The notes below the pieces were generated by a model that had not been told where the DNA came from, searched no databases, and was given only the letters and a program-made list of their open reading frames with translations. DNA of 64,000 bases from Lama guanicoe (lineage: Eukaryota), in assembly GCA_013239625.1 (NCBI GenBank), contig MU053881.1:3288001-3352000 (forward strand), written 5' to 3'. The first letter of the stretch is position 1. Every line of letters starts with the position of its first letter. The position numbers and the translations under genes were made by a program. Below, in pieces: positions 50,284-63,569 of the stretch.

Positions 50284-50583
50284 GATACTTTTAGAGAAAG
50301 GCTGCAAGACACTGATTTGGATGACCCTCCCTTTGGGGTAGCCTCAGTAAGTGACAGCACCCAGAAATCTTAGTGTCATCCTTGATGACTCTTTTCTCCA
50401 ACAAGTCTCAAAGGTCCCAAAATATATCCCCAATTTTAATCATCTTTCCCAGTTTCATGCCCAGACTTGTCCCAAGCCACTCTTCCCTCTCCCCTTCACT
50501 CCCAGGGCTTGCCTTGCCTCCCTGTCCTTGGGACAATGAAAGAACTTGTGTTTATTTACCTGTGGCCTCCTCTGCCTGTAGAC

Positions 50584-50748
50584 CAGGGGTAGGCAAACTA
50601 AGGATGCTTGTAAAGTGTTATGGGAACATAGCCCTGCCCATTCATTTACCTGGTGTGTCTCGATGAGTAGTTGCGACAGAAACTATATGGCCTGCAAATT
50701 CTAAACTATTTACTCTCTGGCCCTATTAAAACAGTTCATGGACTCTTG
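50584..50748. mobile_element. MER58A-like hAT-Charlie fossil
   Basis: caggggtaggcaaacta...gagtagttgcgacagaaactatatggcctgcaaa...tatttactctctggccc. Confidence 0.7.
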
Positions 50749-51399
50749 CTGTGGATTATGAGCTACTTAGGGCAAAAGACGGGCCTTATTTAGTACTGTT
50801 CCTGGTGCCCAACCACAAGCCTGGTGCAGAGTAGTCAGTGCATGTGGGTGGATGAATACCTGGATGGATGAATAAATGAATATGATGCAGGCTCATTTGG
50901 TAGAGGGTGGACCCACCCAATGTGAAAACCAGCAAGTCACTGACTTTTCTGCAAAAGTGCAGGCCACAGCTCAAGTTCGAATCCATCAAAGCTCCCTTCC
51001 CTGCCTACTCCTGCCCTCATTTCTGCTATTCCATCTTTTGAGAAGATGGAAACTTTTCTTGTACAGCTCAGATGATTAAAAATGAATTATCTAAGTACTA
51101 CTCCCTCTGGGAATCCTGAGCAGAACCTAATGTTGGTGCAGAAAAAAAGAAAAAAGAAATCCCTGGGTTAATGTTGATCTTCAGAAAGTGGAAGCATTTG
51201 CTTCATGATGAAAAATTCCATAGGCTGCAGACACATCTGGGGCTTGTCCTGCTGCCATCAGTTATGATCTTGTTAAAAAGAACTCACTGCTGGGCTTTTT
51301 CAGACCTCCAGACTTTACAGCACCATGAGTAACAGTGAGAGCGGCCAACAGGAGTAGAGCACTTGCTGTATTCCCAGACTTGGCTAGTGGCTGCTGTGT

Positions 51400-51540
51400 A
51401 ATACAACATCCTGTGAGGTAGTTCTGATTACCACCCATTTTACAGCCCTGGAAACTGAGGCTCCGAGAGGGAAGGAACTTGTTCAAATTCATACAGGTAT
51501 CAAGTGGCAAAGCAGGGATTTGACAAGGTCTGTTGGATGG
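51400..51540 (-). mobile_element. MIR SINE
   Basis: ctgtgaggtag...cccattttacag..ggaaactgaggctccgagagg. Confidence 0.7.
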
Positions 51541-52019
51541 CTAATCCCCTGATCTCTCTCTTCAATCAGGAAATTAATCATGATAATAATAATAAAATTG
51601 GCTTGTTTACTGGAAGCCAGATTCCGAAGACCAGGCTCCTTTGGAATAAACAAAGAGAAGAAGGAAGTTTCCTTAAACTAGGAAATGTGATTGCAGGATT
51701 TTAATGAAGTCCAATGGAAATGGATTGGCTTTTAGGGTGGCGCCCATGCATGGGAGACATTCTCGAAGCACTGGTCTTCACGCCACTTGTCCAGTTCCCA
51801 TGTCACCTGGCTGTCTTGCTTGCCTCCCTCTCTGTTCTCTGTCCTAACGCAGCACAGCAGGGGAAATAGAAGGAAAGGCAGGAGTGGAAAGAAAAAAGGA
51901 GGGAACCTGAGAAACACAGGGTCATGGTCAAACCCCAGTCCCTCGAGAACTTTAAAAGTTTTGTCTCATAGAAAGGCACAATTCTACTCATGGCTCTATT
52001 ATCACTTTACTCTGCTCGC

Positions 52020-52480
52020 ATGCCGTTCTGCCATCCAGCAACCATTCCCTTCTCTGGGGATGGCACCTTCTTGTCCTTTTGGAGAGCGGCGCCTCTCCTG
52101 CTCTTACTTATGGTGTGCAGGGGGCTCTGACACTGCCCCAAACTCCAGGGGTGAGGTATGGCCCAGGTCTGTGTGATCATCTGCCTTACTACAGTGATTG
52201 GTTCAGAGCTGGGCACATGACCCAAGACAACAAATGGGACTCAGTTCTGAGCCTGTTGGAAAACTGAACTTTTGTTTATTGGAGCTTTTAGAAGACCCGA
52301 TGAGGTAAATCTGAATCTGACAAAGCCAACCCTAAAGAAAAAAAGAGCTGAGAAGTGGAAAGAGCACCCAGATCCAGCTATTCTTGAAGCTAATATGCTT
52401 CCTGGACTTTCAAATACCAGAGCCCATAAATTCCCTGAACTCAGTTTGAATGGAGTTTCTGTCCATTTATAAGTTGTGAC
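52020..52480 (+). mobile_element. MLT1J/L-like MaLR LTR
   Basis: cagtgattggttcagagctgggcacatgacccaa...cctggacttttcaaatac...gagtttctgtc. Confidence 0.55.
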
Positions 52481-53910
52481 TAGTAAGTAAATTGACTAGA
52501 ATAACTTTCTTGCTCTCTTTTTCAGTTTCTTCAGTAAGAACAAAAAATTAGGATTCTTTGGCCAACAAAGTGAGGTGCTAAAACTATAAAGTTAAAACTA
52601 AAATACTTACAAATTTACTTTGTCAAAATTCATGTCCTGTGTGCTCCTATGTAAATGCATATAATGCCTGCTCTTTCATATATTGACCCAGTTATGTATG
52701 TATTTATATTCTAACTTATTTATTTATACATATGGATTAAGTATGTATTATGTGTTAATGTAGTAGGTTTCCTTCCTCATTTGCTCCCTCTCTTCCTCCA
52801 TCGGATGCCTGTTATGTGCCAAGCACTGTGTCAAGCCCTGGACTTAGCCAGATGAGTGAGCATGATTCTGCCCACAAGGAACTCTTTGTCCAATGTGGTA
52901 AATATAGACCAGGAAATCAGCAATTAGTGTAGAGCATGATGGGCGCTGTGATGGAGCAGGGCAGAGGATGAGTGTCTGGACTGGGGCAATGGTACAGGAA
53001 GGGAATGGAAGGCTGCATAGAGAATTTTTTTAAGGATGAGGAAGAGAAATCCATTTAGTGGGAACAGCAAGGCACAACTGAACAAGAGCAAGTCCCTCTG
53101 TGTGGCTGGAGCCACCACTTCGGTTAAAGCAGTTAAAGCAATTATCATGTGGTGGCCCCCTGCAGACAACATCCCCGGGCCCCCTTCTCGAGCTGCGAAA
53201 AGACCAATGGATTTGCTTTAACAGTTTGCAATGATCAAAATCATTGTGCTGCTTGTAACATTGGATTCTAAACATGTCCACCTCCAACGGCACAAATTCA
53301 CCAAAACACAGCCTATGTATGAATCTGCGCCTGACACATGGATGCTTCACAAGTGTTTGTTGAGTGATGAAAGCTAAGAACATGTTCAGAAGACTGTTCT
53401 AAAATTAAACGTTGTTAAAATTCATACCACGTGGCTAATAACTCCTTTCCAGTGTTCGTATATTTCTTTTTACCTGAAATGTACACATTGATGAGATTTT
53501 AAAGGGATCCTGGATAGTTATTCAGGTCTTAAACTCCTTCCCTGAATGTCTCACTGTTAGGGCGGATGAAGAATGCTGGATAAATGAGAAGGAAAAGGAA
53601 GAAATCTTGCCCTCGTTGAGCATTTCTGTGTGCTAATTTAGAGACATGATTTTGTTTAATTCTCATCACAGCCCTGGATGTAGGGAGCATTCCCCTGGAT
53701 TTACAGATGGACAAATGAAGGGGCCCAGGGACACAGCCGCAAAGGGCCAGGGCTTTCATTTAAACTCTGACTCATCTGACTTCAGAGCTCTTTTCCCTAA
53801 CCGTTGGGAAGCTAAAATCTCTCTTCAAAGTCTCCATATAGGGATTTACAAAGAGGAACAGCATTCAACTCTCATCACCTTTTCTCACTGTTTCTTTTCT
53901 TTAATTAGAA

Positions 53911-54009
53911 TTTTTTTTTGCGGGATAGTAATTAGGTTTATTTATTTTGTTAATGGAGGTACTGGGGATTGAACCCTGGCATGCACTTTACCAATGAGCT
54001 ATACCCTCC
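53911..54009 (-). mobile_element. vic-1-like SINE
   Basis: gtaattaggtttatttattttgttaatggaggtactggggattgaacc...gagctataccctcc. Confidence 0.8.
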
Positions 54010-55049
54010 ACCACCCTCCGTTTCTTCTGTTTTTATTCATTCCTTAAAATTAATGTGCCTGGAGATACAAACTCTAGCTTTCTCAGACACCCTTCTCTGC
54101 TTCTTCCTTTCTCTCTTGGTGACACCTTACCCCTGCTCTCTCACCTCTCACCTCTCTGCTTGTGAATTTGGATGTGACACCATGCCACAGGGTGTGGGAC
54201 CTTGGGACCTGGCTTCCTGAGTAGCCACCAAGGAGCCAAGGGATGCGTCAGGAAGTGTGTGTATGGGGTCATCTCCTTGTGGAGTCAGTCTTGGCCAACG
54301 AGAAGCAGGAGAAGGGGTGAGGTGTTGTACTAAGTGTTGGGAATACTGTGATGACAAAAACTGGGCCCTGTCCTACAGCACAGGCCTAGCTGGCCATCAA
54401 TAAAATGGATTGGATTTTGATTTTGATGTGTATTGATTTATCCATCAATAAAACCAGTGTGTTTAACCAATATGTTGAACAAGCACAGTTTGACTTAAAA
54501 AAAAAAAGCTCCCCTTTAAGATTCTGTAAAAGAGAGCAAGAACTGCAGATCTTTTGAGACCATATGAATGCAGCATCCTTCTGGATTTTTAAGACTTTTA
54601 AGATTCTTACCCCCTCTGAATCTTTTACAGTTGGCTCGCCCATGCCTAGTTCGACATCCATAATTTTGCCGTGTGTGGTTTGCTCTTATTTCTGAGCCTT
54701 TCCAAAGCCTTCAATGTAGCTTTCATCGAAGCAGCAATGAAACTTCCTTATCCCACTCATATTTAATTGGCTTTTATTATGTTTATTTTAATTAAGTAAT
54801 TAGAAGAACAGTTCAAGTGGTCGCAACAGGCTTGAGAGCAAAAACAACTCACTCTCGGTAAACAGACAGCTCAACTGGCAGGAGCATTAGAAAGAACACA
54901 GAGTCCCGGAGGGCAGACCACGGCGGCGAGTGATGGCATCTCAGTGGGTGTCAGTCTGCACGCTTTGCAGGGGGAATGCTGAATTGACTATGTGGAGTTG
55001 TTCTGGAGAAATTTCTGCTGTGCCGGTTGAAATGAGCCCTTTCCATCTT

Positions 55050-57140
55050 ACATGATAATGATACAATGTGAACACCGTGAATTTGACATTGGTACAATGT
55101 GTGCGTATAGTTCTACGTCACATGGACTTGTGCAACCGCGTCTGGAATTAATTTCAGAACTATTCCACCACAAGTATCTCCCTAGGGCTGGCTCCTTATA
55201 GTCACACCCACATCCTCCTCCTCCTCCAACATCCCTGACCCATGGCAGCAACCACTCCAGTTCACGTCTCTGTAATTTTGTCATTTTCAGAGTGTTATTT
55301 CAATGGACTCTTACAGTATGTGCCCTTTTGAGATTGAGGTTTTTTTCACTCAGTATAATGCCCTTTAGATACATTCAAGTTGTTGCAATTGTTGCAACAA
55401 TTCACTTCTTTTATTGCTGAGCAGTATTTCTTGGTATGGATGGATCACAGTTGGTTTAAGCATTCACCCACTGAAGGACATTTTCGTTGCTTGCAGTTTG
55501 GGCTGTTACAAACAAAGCTGCTATAAACAATCATGTGCAGGCTTTTACGTGGACATACACCTTCACTTCTCGGGGATAAACATCCCAGAGTGCAATTCCT
55601 TGGCTCTTTTGGTACATGTGTGCCAAACTACCTTCCTGAGTGGTTGTACATTTTGCATTCCTATCAGTGATAAATGAGAGATCCGGTTTCTCCACATTCT
55701 CACCAGCATTTAGCATTGTCTATATTTTAAATTTTAGCTGTTCTAAAAGGTATCTGGTGATATCTCATCATGGCCTTAATTTGCATTTTTCGTCCTATAG
55801 AACATCTTTCCATGTGTTTGTTTGTTTTTGAGGTTTGAGAGATTTTGGACAGATCAAGGAAAAACTTAGTACCAGAAGAAGTAGTAATACACAGCAAGTT
55901 TTATTGGGTGATGCTTGGACAGGGTTGCACGGGAGGGGAAGTCTCTCTTAGCAGGAGTCTGTTCAGCGACTGTGGCTTGAGGAGGTGCTGCTCAGAAAGG
56001 GAGGAGGTCAAGGGAAGGGGAGGATCAGAGAGGAGGCTTACCTGTTTACGTACCGTCATTCAGCAGCACGGCTGGGAGCTCGGGGTCCCAGAACTCCCAA
56101 GGGCCACTGTAGCTTGGGATTTTACAACCACAAGGCTCCAGCTCATTAATGGTCAGCAGATACAGGGTGAGGCTTTTCAGGGACTGTAAAGCAGGCAAGC
56201 TCTAAATGGCTAAAAAGCTGCTTAGTTGGGCTATCTTTAAAACAGCTGGATGTATAAAAATTTGAGTCTGGTGCCAGCAGGCTTTTAGGCTAATGCATCT
56301 CAGCCTGCAGTCTAGAAGGAAGCAACCTAGGGGCCAATGCACAAAGGCCATTTTTGGCTCATTTATATAACAATTTGCCATCTGTTTATTCTCTTCTGTG
56401 TAATGTCTCTTCATGCCTTTTACCCATTTTCTAATTGAACTGATTTTTTTTTTAATCCTGAGTTTGGGAAATTCTTTATGTGTTCTAGACGTCAGTCCTA
56501 CATCAGATAAGTGGTTTGCAAATATTTTCTCCAAGTCTGTAGCTTGTCTTCGTATTGTCTTCACATGGGTCTTTCCCAAAGCAAAAGCTTTTAATTTTGA
56601 TCATGTCCAATTTATTGATGTTTTTTCTTCTATGGATCATGTTTTTGGCGTTACATCTAAGAACTCTTCACCAATCCCTGGGTCCCAAAGGTTTTCTCCT
56701 GTAGGTTTTGTTTTTTCTTTTTCCTGGAAGTGTTATAGTTTTATGCTTAACATATCCATCTATAGCCAACTTTCAGTTAGATTTTGTGTAAGAGGTGACA
56801 GTCAGATTAAGGGTTACTTTATTTATTTTTGTTATGGGTATCTGTTCCGTCACCATTTTTGGAAAAGACTATGCTTTCTCCTTTGGGATCGCTTTTACCC
56901 GTTGTCAGCATCAGTTGTCGGTGCTTGTGTGGGGCTATTTCTGGAATCTCTGTTCTGTTCCATTGATCCACGTGTCTTTGGTCAGCACCACACAGTCTTG
57001 ATTCCTGTAACTGCACAGTAAGTCTTGAAATCAGGTAGAACGATTCCTCCCACTTTATTCTTTTCCAGGATTGTTTTAGATTTTCTGGTCCTTAAAAAGT
57101 TTTGGAATAATCTTGTCTTTATTTTCAAAATCTTCATTAA
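55050..57140 (-). mobile_element. L1MC-like LINE 3' portion, interrupted by an LTR
   Basis: gacattggtacaatgtgtg...ttctccacattctcaccagcattt...gataagtggtttgcaaatattttctcc; minus-strand ORFs resemble ORF2 (RHVDQWNRTE, GGIVLPDFKTY). Confidence 0.85.
55825..56372 (-). mobile_element. ERVL-type solo LTR (MER54/MER73/MER88 group-like) nested in L1
   Basis: Ends ...ggggccaatgcacaaaggccatttttggctcatttatataaca (minus-strand start TGTTATATAAATGAGCCAAA); the L1 resumes at atttgccatctg. Left boundary approximate. Confidence 0.6.
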
Positions 57141-58480
57141 CTGCATTAAACTTGTGCATGAGTTTAAGAAGAGTTGTCTCTTTACTATGTCGATTCTTTC
57201 AGTCCATCCAAAGACGGGGAAGGGAACCTCATACTGTGTTTTGGAGGGCTGCCTCTGCTTAGCCCCCTCTTTTCGGATACTCTTCCCCACAAATTCCAGT
57301 TACCTCTGTCTTGTAGTTTTCATGACTTAGTCAACTTGGCAAGATTTCAGTCTCAGTTTGGGCTTCTTCTCCTTATTCTAAACTCCAGAAATTAACTCCA
57401 GACAGAAAGTCAATGCAGTTATAAAGCTCATCTTATTTACCTCCCTACTCTCAATAACTTTTCTGCTGGAATCATAGTTCTTTTCTGCTCATTGTCCATT
57501 GCCTTAAAAAAAAAAAAGCCTGTCTTGTATTTTAGGTGTTTGTGGTGTAGGCATGGGACATTCCTTATCGTTGTGTTTTGGATAAAAACTTACTGAAATG
57601 AGCAAGCAAGCCATGTGGATACCCATCCATGGGAAGGGCTTTCATGGCAGAAGGAAGAGTGAGTCCAAATCTCTGAGGCTGAGCTGTGTGTGACTTAGGC
57701 ACTGTTATCCCACTGCCTAGTGAAGAGACTGAGGGTCACAGAGGTTCGCTGCCTGCTTAAGCCCTTACAGGCAGAAAATGGCAGACTCAACCCACAACTG
57801 ATAACAGCATCTGAGCTCCTTCCCCTGGGTCTCCTCACCTCCCCTGAAGGCTGTGGGGTTGGTGAAGATTTATGGGCTCTGACTAACAGGTGGAACTTGC
57901 TATTGCAGTAGGTTTTACGAGCTGAAAAACATAAATTGCTTAAAAACGTGCTTCGACAGACTCAAGGTTGGTACGTTTGTAATGGCTTATGGGCACCAGG
58001 GGACGTCCCAGTGAATGTTTGTTAGTTCTGGTAATGGCACTGTGTCAATACAGTTTTCCTTTGCAGCAGATCTGTTTGCTCTCCTGGGTCGAGGACGTGT
58101 GCTCTCTTGTTTGACAACCACCAAGGCCCTTCTCCAACTCAGTACAGACGGGAGCCATGAATGAGGCATGTGTGTTAACAACAGCTCCAGTTCTTGAAAG
58201 CCTGGTGTACCCCAGGCCCTTTGCATACATTATCTTGTGTCCACACAGCAGCCCCGTGCAGGAGGTATTAATATTCCATTCTGTCGAGCAAGAAAGGAGA
58301 GCTCTGGGAAAGAACTTTCTGTGTCCACTCTGTTTGCAAAGGTTTGATTTTTGCCTGCCCTGTTTCTGCTCACTTCAATGTTGGCTAAACTTTGGAGGCA
58401 GAAGGACATGGCATGGTTATTATTTTTGAGCACTTCATCAGATATGAGACTCAGCCTTTTCTTTTTCTCCTGTGGTTTTT

Positions 58481-58949
58481 TTTAAACATTTTTTATTGAT
58501 TTATAGTCACTTTACAATGTTGTGTCAAATTCCAGTGTTCAGCACAATTTTTCAGTCATTCATGGACATATACACACTCATTGTCACATTTTTTCTCTGT
58601 GAGTTATCATAACATTTTGTGTGTATTTCCCTGTGCTATACAGTGTAATCTTGTTTATCTATTCTACAATTTTGAAATCCCAGTCTATCCCTTCCCACCC
58701 TCCACCCCTCTGGCAACCACAAGTCTGTATTCTCAGTCTGTGAGTCTATTTCTGTCCTGTATTTACGCTTTGTTTTTGTTTGTTTGTTTGTTTTTGTTTT
58801 TGTTTTTTAGATTCTACTCAGCCATAAAAACTGACAAATCAGCCATAAAAACCGACAACATAATGCCATTTGCCGCAACATGGATGCTCCTGGAGAATGT
58901 CATTCTAAGTGAAGTAAGCCAGAAAGAGAAAGAAAAATACCATATGAGA
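58481..58949 (-). mobile_element. Young short L1 with 5' inversion (twin priming) and 17-bp TSD
   Basis: Antisense 3'UTR 58481-58814, then a sense ORF2-end segment 58815-58949; perfect TSD tttctcctgtggttttt at 58464-58480 and 58950-58966. Confidence 0.92.
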
Positions 58950-59567
58950 TTTCTCCTGTGGTTTTTGTGAGAAGGTTTAAAGAAGAGAAAAATAGATGGA
59001 AAAGTCAAAGTTGCAGAGAGGTGTTCTTTCTCCTCTTCTAAGACCGTGGGTTTTGTGTGTGTGTGTGTGTGTGTATTGTGTGGGGAGGCATTGTGAACTG
59101 CAGATTTCAGGATTATGAACTGGAAAGGGCACAGAGCCAAGGATATGTTGGATAGAAGAAGAGCTAGTGTAGGTTCTCAGATGTGTGAAGTGGTACAGGT
59201 GCCAAGACCCAGGAAAAGAGAGATACAGAGGCCAGATCCCAGCCAGCCATGGGAGCACGCACTTCACAGAGCTTGGGAGGACAGAAAAGACCAGTCACTG
59301 GAATTGCTCTGCCCGCCATGAGAGAGGAGAAGGACCATGGGGGTGACGCTTAGCATCCGTAGATGATTTGACTATTGTGAAGTTTTTCACTGTTGCTTCT
59401 GAAGCACAGTATTAGGACTCCTTGTAAGGTTTGGGTACAAAGAGGGTGAGGAGAGGACGCTGCTTGTTCAGGCTTCTAAACATTTCTAAGCACATCATAT
59501 GCAAGCAATGTGAGAAATCTCTAGAACCAATAATACACTTATAGACCAAAGGAAGACATCAAGTTTA

Positions 59568-59755
59568 CTTTTTTACTGAATTATAGTCAGTTTACAATGT
59601 TGTGTTAATTTCTGGTGCACAGCATAGTGAGTGATTCATTTATGCAGACATATATATTCCTTTTCACATGTTTTATTATGGGCCATTACAAGGTATTGAG
59701 TATCATTCCCTGTGCTAGACAGTAGGAACTTGTTGTTTATCTATTTTATGTAACT
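59568..59755 (-). mobile_element. Short L1 3' tail
   Basis: ttttactgaattatagtcagtttacaatgttgtg...acagtaggaacttgttgtttatctatttt. Confidence 0.8.
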
Positions 59756-60710
59756 TTTCTTTCTTTCTCTTTTCCCCCCTAGCGTTTATGGGAGTAAGGG
59801 TCTTTCTCCTGTTTTATGGCCCTCAGCTCCAAGTTTAATACCTTAGGCTCCCAGGGATGTAAAGAAACTATGAAGAAGATGTGAAGTTATCTAGATCCCA
59901 GAATCTCAAGACTGTTTGTTGACAATATGATACCTGCTGGAATTTCTTCTTCCTCCCTCCCTCCCTTCCTTCCATATGTTTGTTGAACAACCCATTATGT
60001 ACCAGTTTATTATGTACCAAAACTTAGCTCAGAGAACTAGTGTTCATACGTGTATATTGCAATCTTTACTGCATGACAAAATCCCTTCAATGTCCCTTGT
60101 GTCACAATAACAACTCCATCACATGCTAAGTAACTGGGAAGTTACTAAAAATGATGGGAAGAGGAGGAAACTCACAAGACCAGTGGAAACCTCTGCAGCT
60201 CTAGTCTCTGACCACTGAGCAGTTCACAGATGAGATCTGCTGGTGTCGTGACACTCAAGGAGGGTGTGGTCCTCCATCATAAACGGATGAGATCAAAATC
60301 CAAACAGCATAAACTTTACATGTCAAATAGGGGAGAGGTGAGGCAAGGTCTGCAACAATGGGGTCTTGGTGCAGGCTTAGTATGCAGTGGCTTTTTTGTT
60401 TTTTGAAAGATAAAATGCAAAGACTCAGAAAATAAGAGGAGACTCTGCCATTCCCTGGTGAATTGAACAGAGATGATGTAACTCTAGGCTCCTGTCATTT
60501 AAACGAAAGATTCTGATTGCATTCTTGAGTCAACATTTCCACTTTAAAAAAAAAAAAAAGACATGAAGTGGTTTACAATAAAATCAAAGACAAAATAAGA
60601 TAAAACACCGTAACAGGATAAAGGACCTAATGGGAAGGACTAGGAAAATATATGGGGAAAGTACATCGTTGTTTAGAAAGGCGATAGCATTTGCATGCAA
60701 AATTTAGTCC

Positions 60711-60927
60711 TGTAAACCAAGACACTGGCTTCCTGGATCACAAGGTCTACATTTTATTCCTCTTTTTTTGCAGAAGTGCCCACTATGGTGCTTGGTACCT
60801 GTCAGATGCTCAGTGGAAATAGATATTTCTGTACCATGAGGGCTCAAGAAAGCTCATATGCCATTTCCTGCTCAATTGCTCAACTTAGCTTGTCCAAAAC
60901 AGAACTCTGGACTTCCACTGCCGATGA
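60711..60927 (+). repeat. 217-bp direct repeat, copy A
   Basis: Ungapped match to 62744-62960 with 14 mismatches by manual count (~93.5% identity). Confidence 0.95.
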
Positions 60928-62743
60928 CAACTTTGGTCAAGAGGGAAATGTTAAGGCTGACATATTTCTTACAGTCTGGTGGAAGGACAGATATGGATTA
61001 TTCAGAATCACATCCCTGAGCCCTGAGAGAATGTGTCACATGACCCTCTACATTGGGGCATGGAACGCTATATAATGTTGTGTAAAGATTTATGTGCAAA
61101 GATGCTTCATGCAGCTAGTGATCTCAGTCCTGGCATACAATGAAAATACTGGTATTTCTGTATTTATTTTGTTTTTAGTACCAAGCTGTATTTTATTTTC
61201 ATCTGATATGTCTAATTAATTTAATTATATAGTTAAGACTGGATTTCAATGGAAGTAAAAATGAATTGATGCAATAAAAAACATTTACTATAATTCACAT
61301 AAAGTTTATCTGCATTTCAAAACATGAAGCCAGAACATCTATGAAAATACTGCATCCATTATAATTCTAATGTAAATCATTAGCTGTTACCAGTTCTGCT
61401 GTTTTCTGGAATGTCAGTCCTTCTCTGGGCACTGCAGTAGCTGGCCCACTGGGATCCTACACCTTCCTGCAGGGTTTTGCTCCCCTAAGCTGAGCTTTCA
61501 GGAAAGCCACTCTTGGTTGGGGATTCTAAGTTTTTGACAAAATTTGGTTTCTTTCCCCACCCACCTGGAGCCGTGGTCTTGCCTTTGGCTTCAAGTTTCT
61601 CCATATGCAACTTCAGGGAGTCCCTCGGATGCCTCCTCAGGCTGGGTCCATGGCAGCACTATGTTTTGAGGGGTGGAAAGTGGGAATGTTGAAGAGGAGT
61701 TGCAGATACTTAATAATAAAGAGGGAACCTAGGGGGCTCTAGTGAGAATATCAAGCGTGGGAGAAGGGTTGAAGGAGGGAAGAGTTACAGACAGAACCAG
61801 CAAGTGAGCAGAATTCAAACACGTGGCCCAAAGATATTGCTATATCCATGAAAACATCAATGTTTAGTAGAGTCAAAAGTACCCCAGTTTGCACTGGAAT
61901 CAGTAATTGCATCATTACCTTTGAAAGGAAATGATTTGTTACAATCTGCATGCTTGGCTCTAAGGACTTGCTTAGATCAGTGGGTGTCCAGATGATGAAA
62001 TATCAAATGACCACTGACATGAAATGTCAAACAATTTTTAATGATACGAAAAATATTCACAATACAACGGTAAGTTAAAAAAAAAGTCAGAGTGAAAATA
62101 CTATATTCATCATGATCTAACTAAAAGGAAAAGACGGGAAGAAGTATACCAAATGTTACCACGGAGAGCAAAAATGGAGCTAAGCCTCAGGGTTGCCACC
62201 AGGGGCCAAGCTGGGACCTTGCCCCAAACCCAGCTCCAAACCTGGGAGTAAACATGATGGCCAAGCTTCTGTAGCCTAGAACAAGAAGTCAAGGCCATGT
62301 GAATCTCTGCTTCTCCACTCCAGAGAAGACAAAAAGAGGGCTTCATCTGTATTCCCTCTCATTTCTATGGGTGTCAAGCACCACTTGTTCATCAACTCAG
62401 GGATAATGCAACTTTTTTGCTTTTGACTTGTGTGGGCTGAGTCTGAAGGTGGAACTTATCTCATAATACATTTCTGTCCCTGACTCTCTTTGTTCTAAGA
62501 ATTCGGCTTCCTAGACAAATGAAATCATCTTAACCAAAACATGTTCAGTGAATTTCTGATCATTTAACACGACTATGTAGGCAGTGTCACATCCTGGATT
62601 CCTGCTCAGACAAGTGTTAACATACACCTGCCCCAGAAATGCCCACAGATTTATCGCGTCCTTGCTGCTCTGGTCAACACTTTTGTGTCTCTGACTTTGC
62701 CCACGAGAAAATTGCAATCTTATGGGACATACATTGCTGAGGG

Positions 62744-62960
62744 TGTAAACCAAGATCTTGGCTTCCTGGATCACAAGGTCTACATTTTATTCCTCTCTTT
62801 TTGCAGAAGTGCCCGCGATGGTGCTTGGTACCTATCAGATGCTCAGTGGAAATAGGTATTTCTGTACCATGAGGGCTCAAGAAAGCTCATATGCCATTTC
62901 CTGCTCAATTGCTTGACTTAGCTTGTTCAAAACAGAACTCTGGATTTCCACTGTCAATGA
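62744..62960 (+). repeat. 217-bp direct repeat, copy B
   Basis: Ungapped match to 60711-60927; runs on into L2-like sequence downstream. Confidence 0.95.
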
Positions 62961-63183
62961 GTTCTTTCCCAGACCTACCTCCCTACCTCCACTCAACCCA
63001 GCTGGGCTCCAGCCCAACCTTAACAGTCATCCCTGACTTTGACTCTTCTCCTTCCCTCTCCTTCGCATCCACTCTATCAGCAAATTCTGCTGGCTCTGCT
63101 TCCAATAGATCCTAAACCTTATTACTTCTCTTTGCAAGACCATCATCTCTCAAATAGACCATGGCAACAGCCTCTGAACTGGC

Positions 63184-63569
63184 TGTATGTGTTTGCTAAG
63201 GCTGCTATAATAAAATATCACAGACCAGGTGTTTATAACAACAAAAATTAATTTTTTTTATAATTCTGGAGGCAAGAAGTCCAAGATCAAATTGTCCACA
63301 GGGTTCACTTCTTCTGAGGCCTCGCTCCTTGGCTTGCAGAGAACTATATTTTCCTTGAGTTTTCATATAATCTTCCCTGTGTGTCTGTGTCCTAATCTCC
63401 TTGTCTTATATGGACACAGGTCATACTGAATTAGGGCCCACCCGAAGGACCTCAATTTAACTATACAGCATTGTAAAGACCCTATTTCCAAATACAGTCA
63501 CCTTCTGAGGACCTGGGGGTTAGGGTTTCAACATTTGAACTTTGGGAGGACACAGTTCAGCCAGTTCCA
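63184..63569 (-). mobile_element. MLT1B-like MaLR LTR nested in L2 remnants
   Basis: tgtatgtgtttgctaaggctgctataa...ttctggaggcaagaagtccaagatcaa...ccctatttccaaatacagtcac...ggacacagttcagcc. Confidence 0.8.

Noticed and set aside
60711..62960. Paired direct repeats as the LTRs of a provirus
   Set aside because: No shared CA end, PBS, PPT, TSD or gag/pol remnant in the intervening ~1.8 kb.
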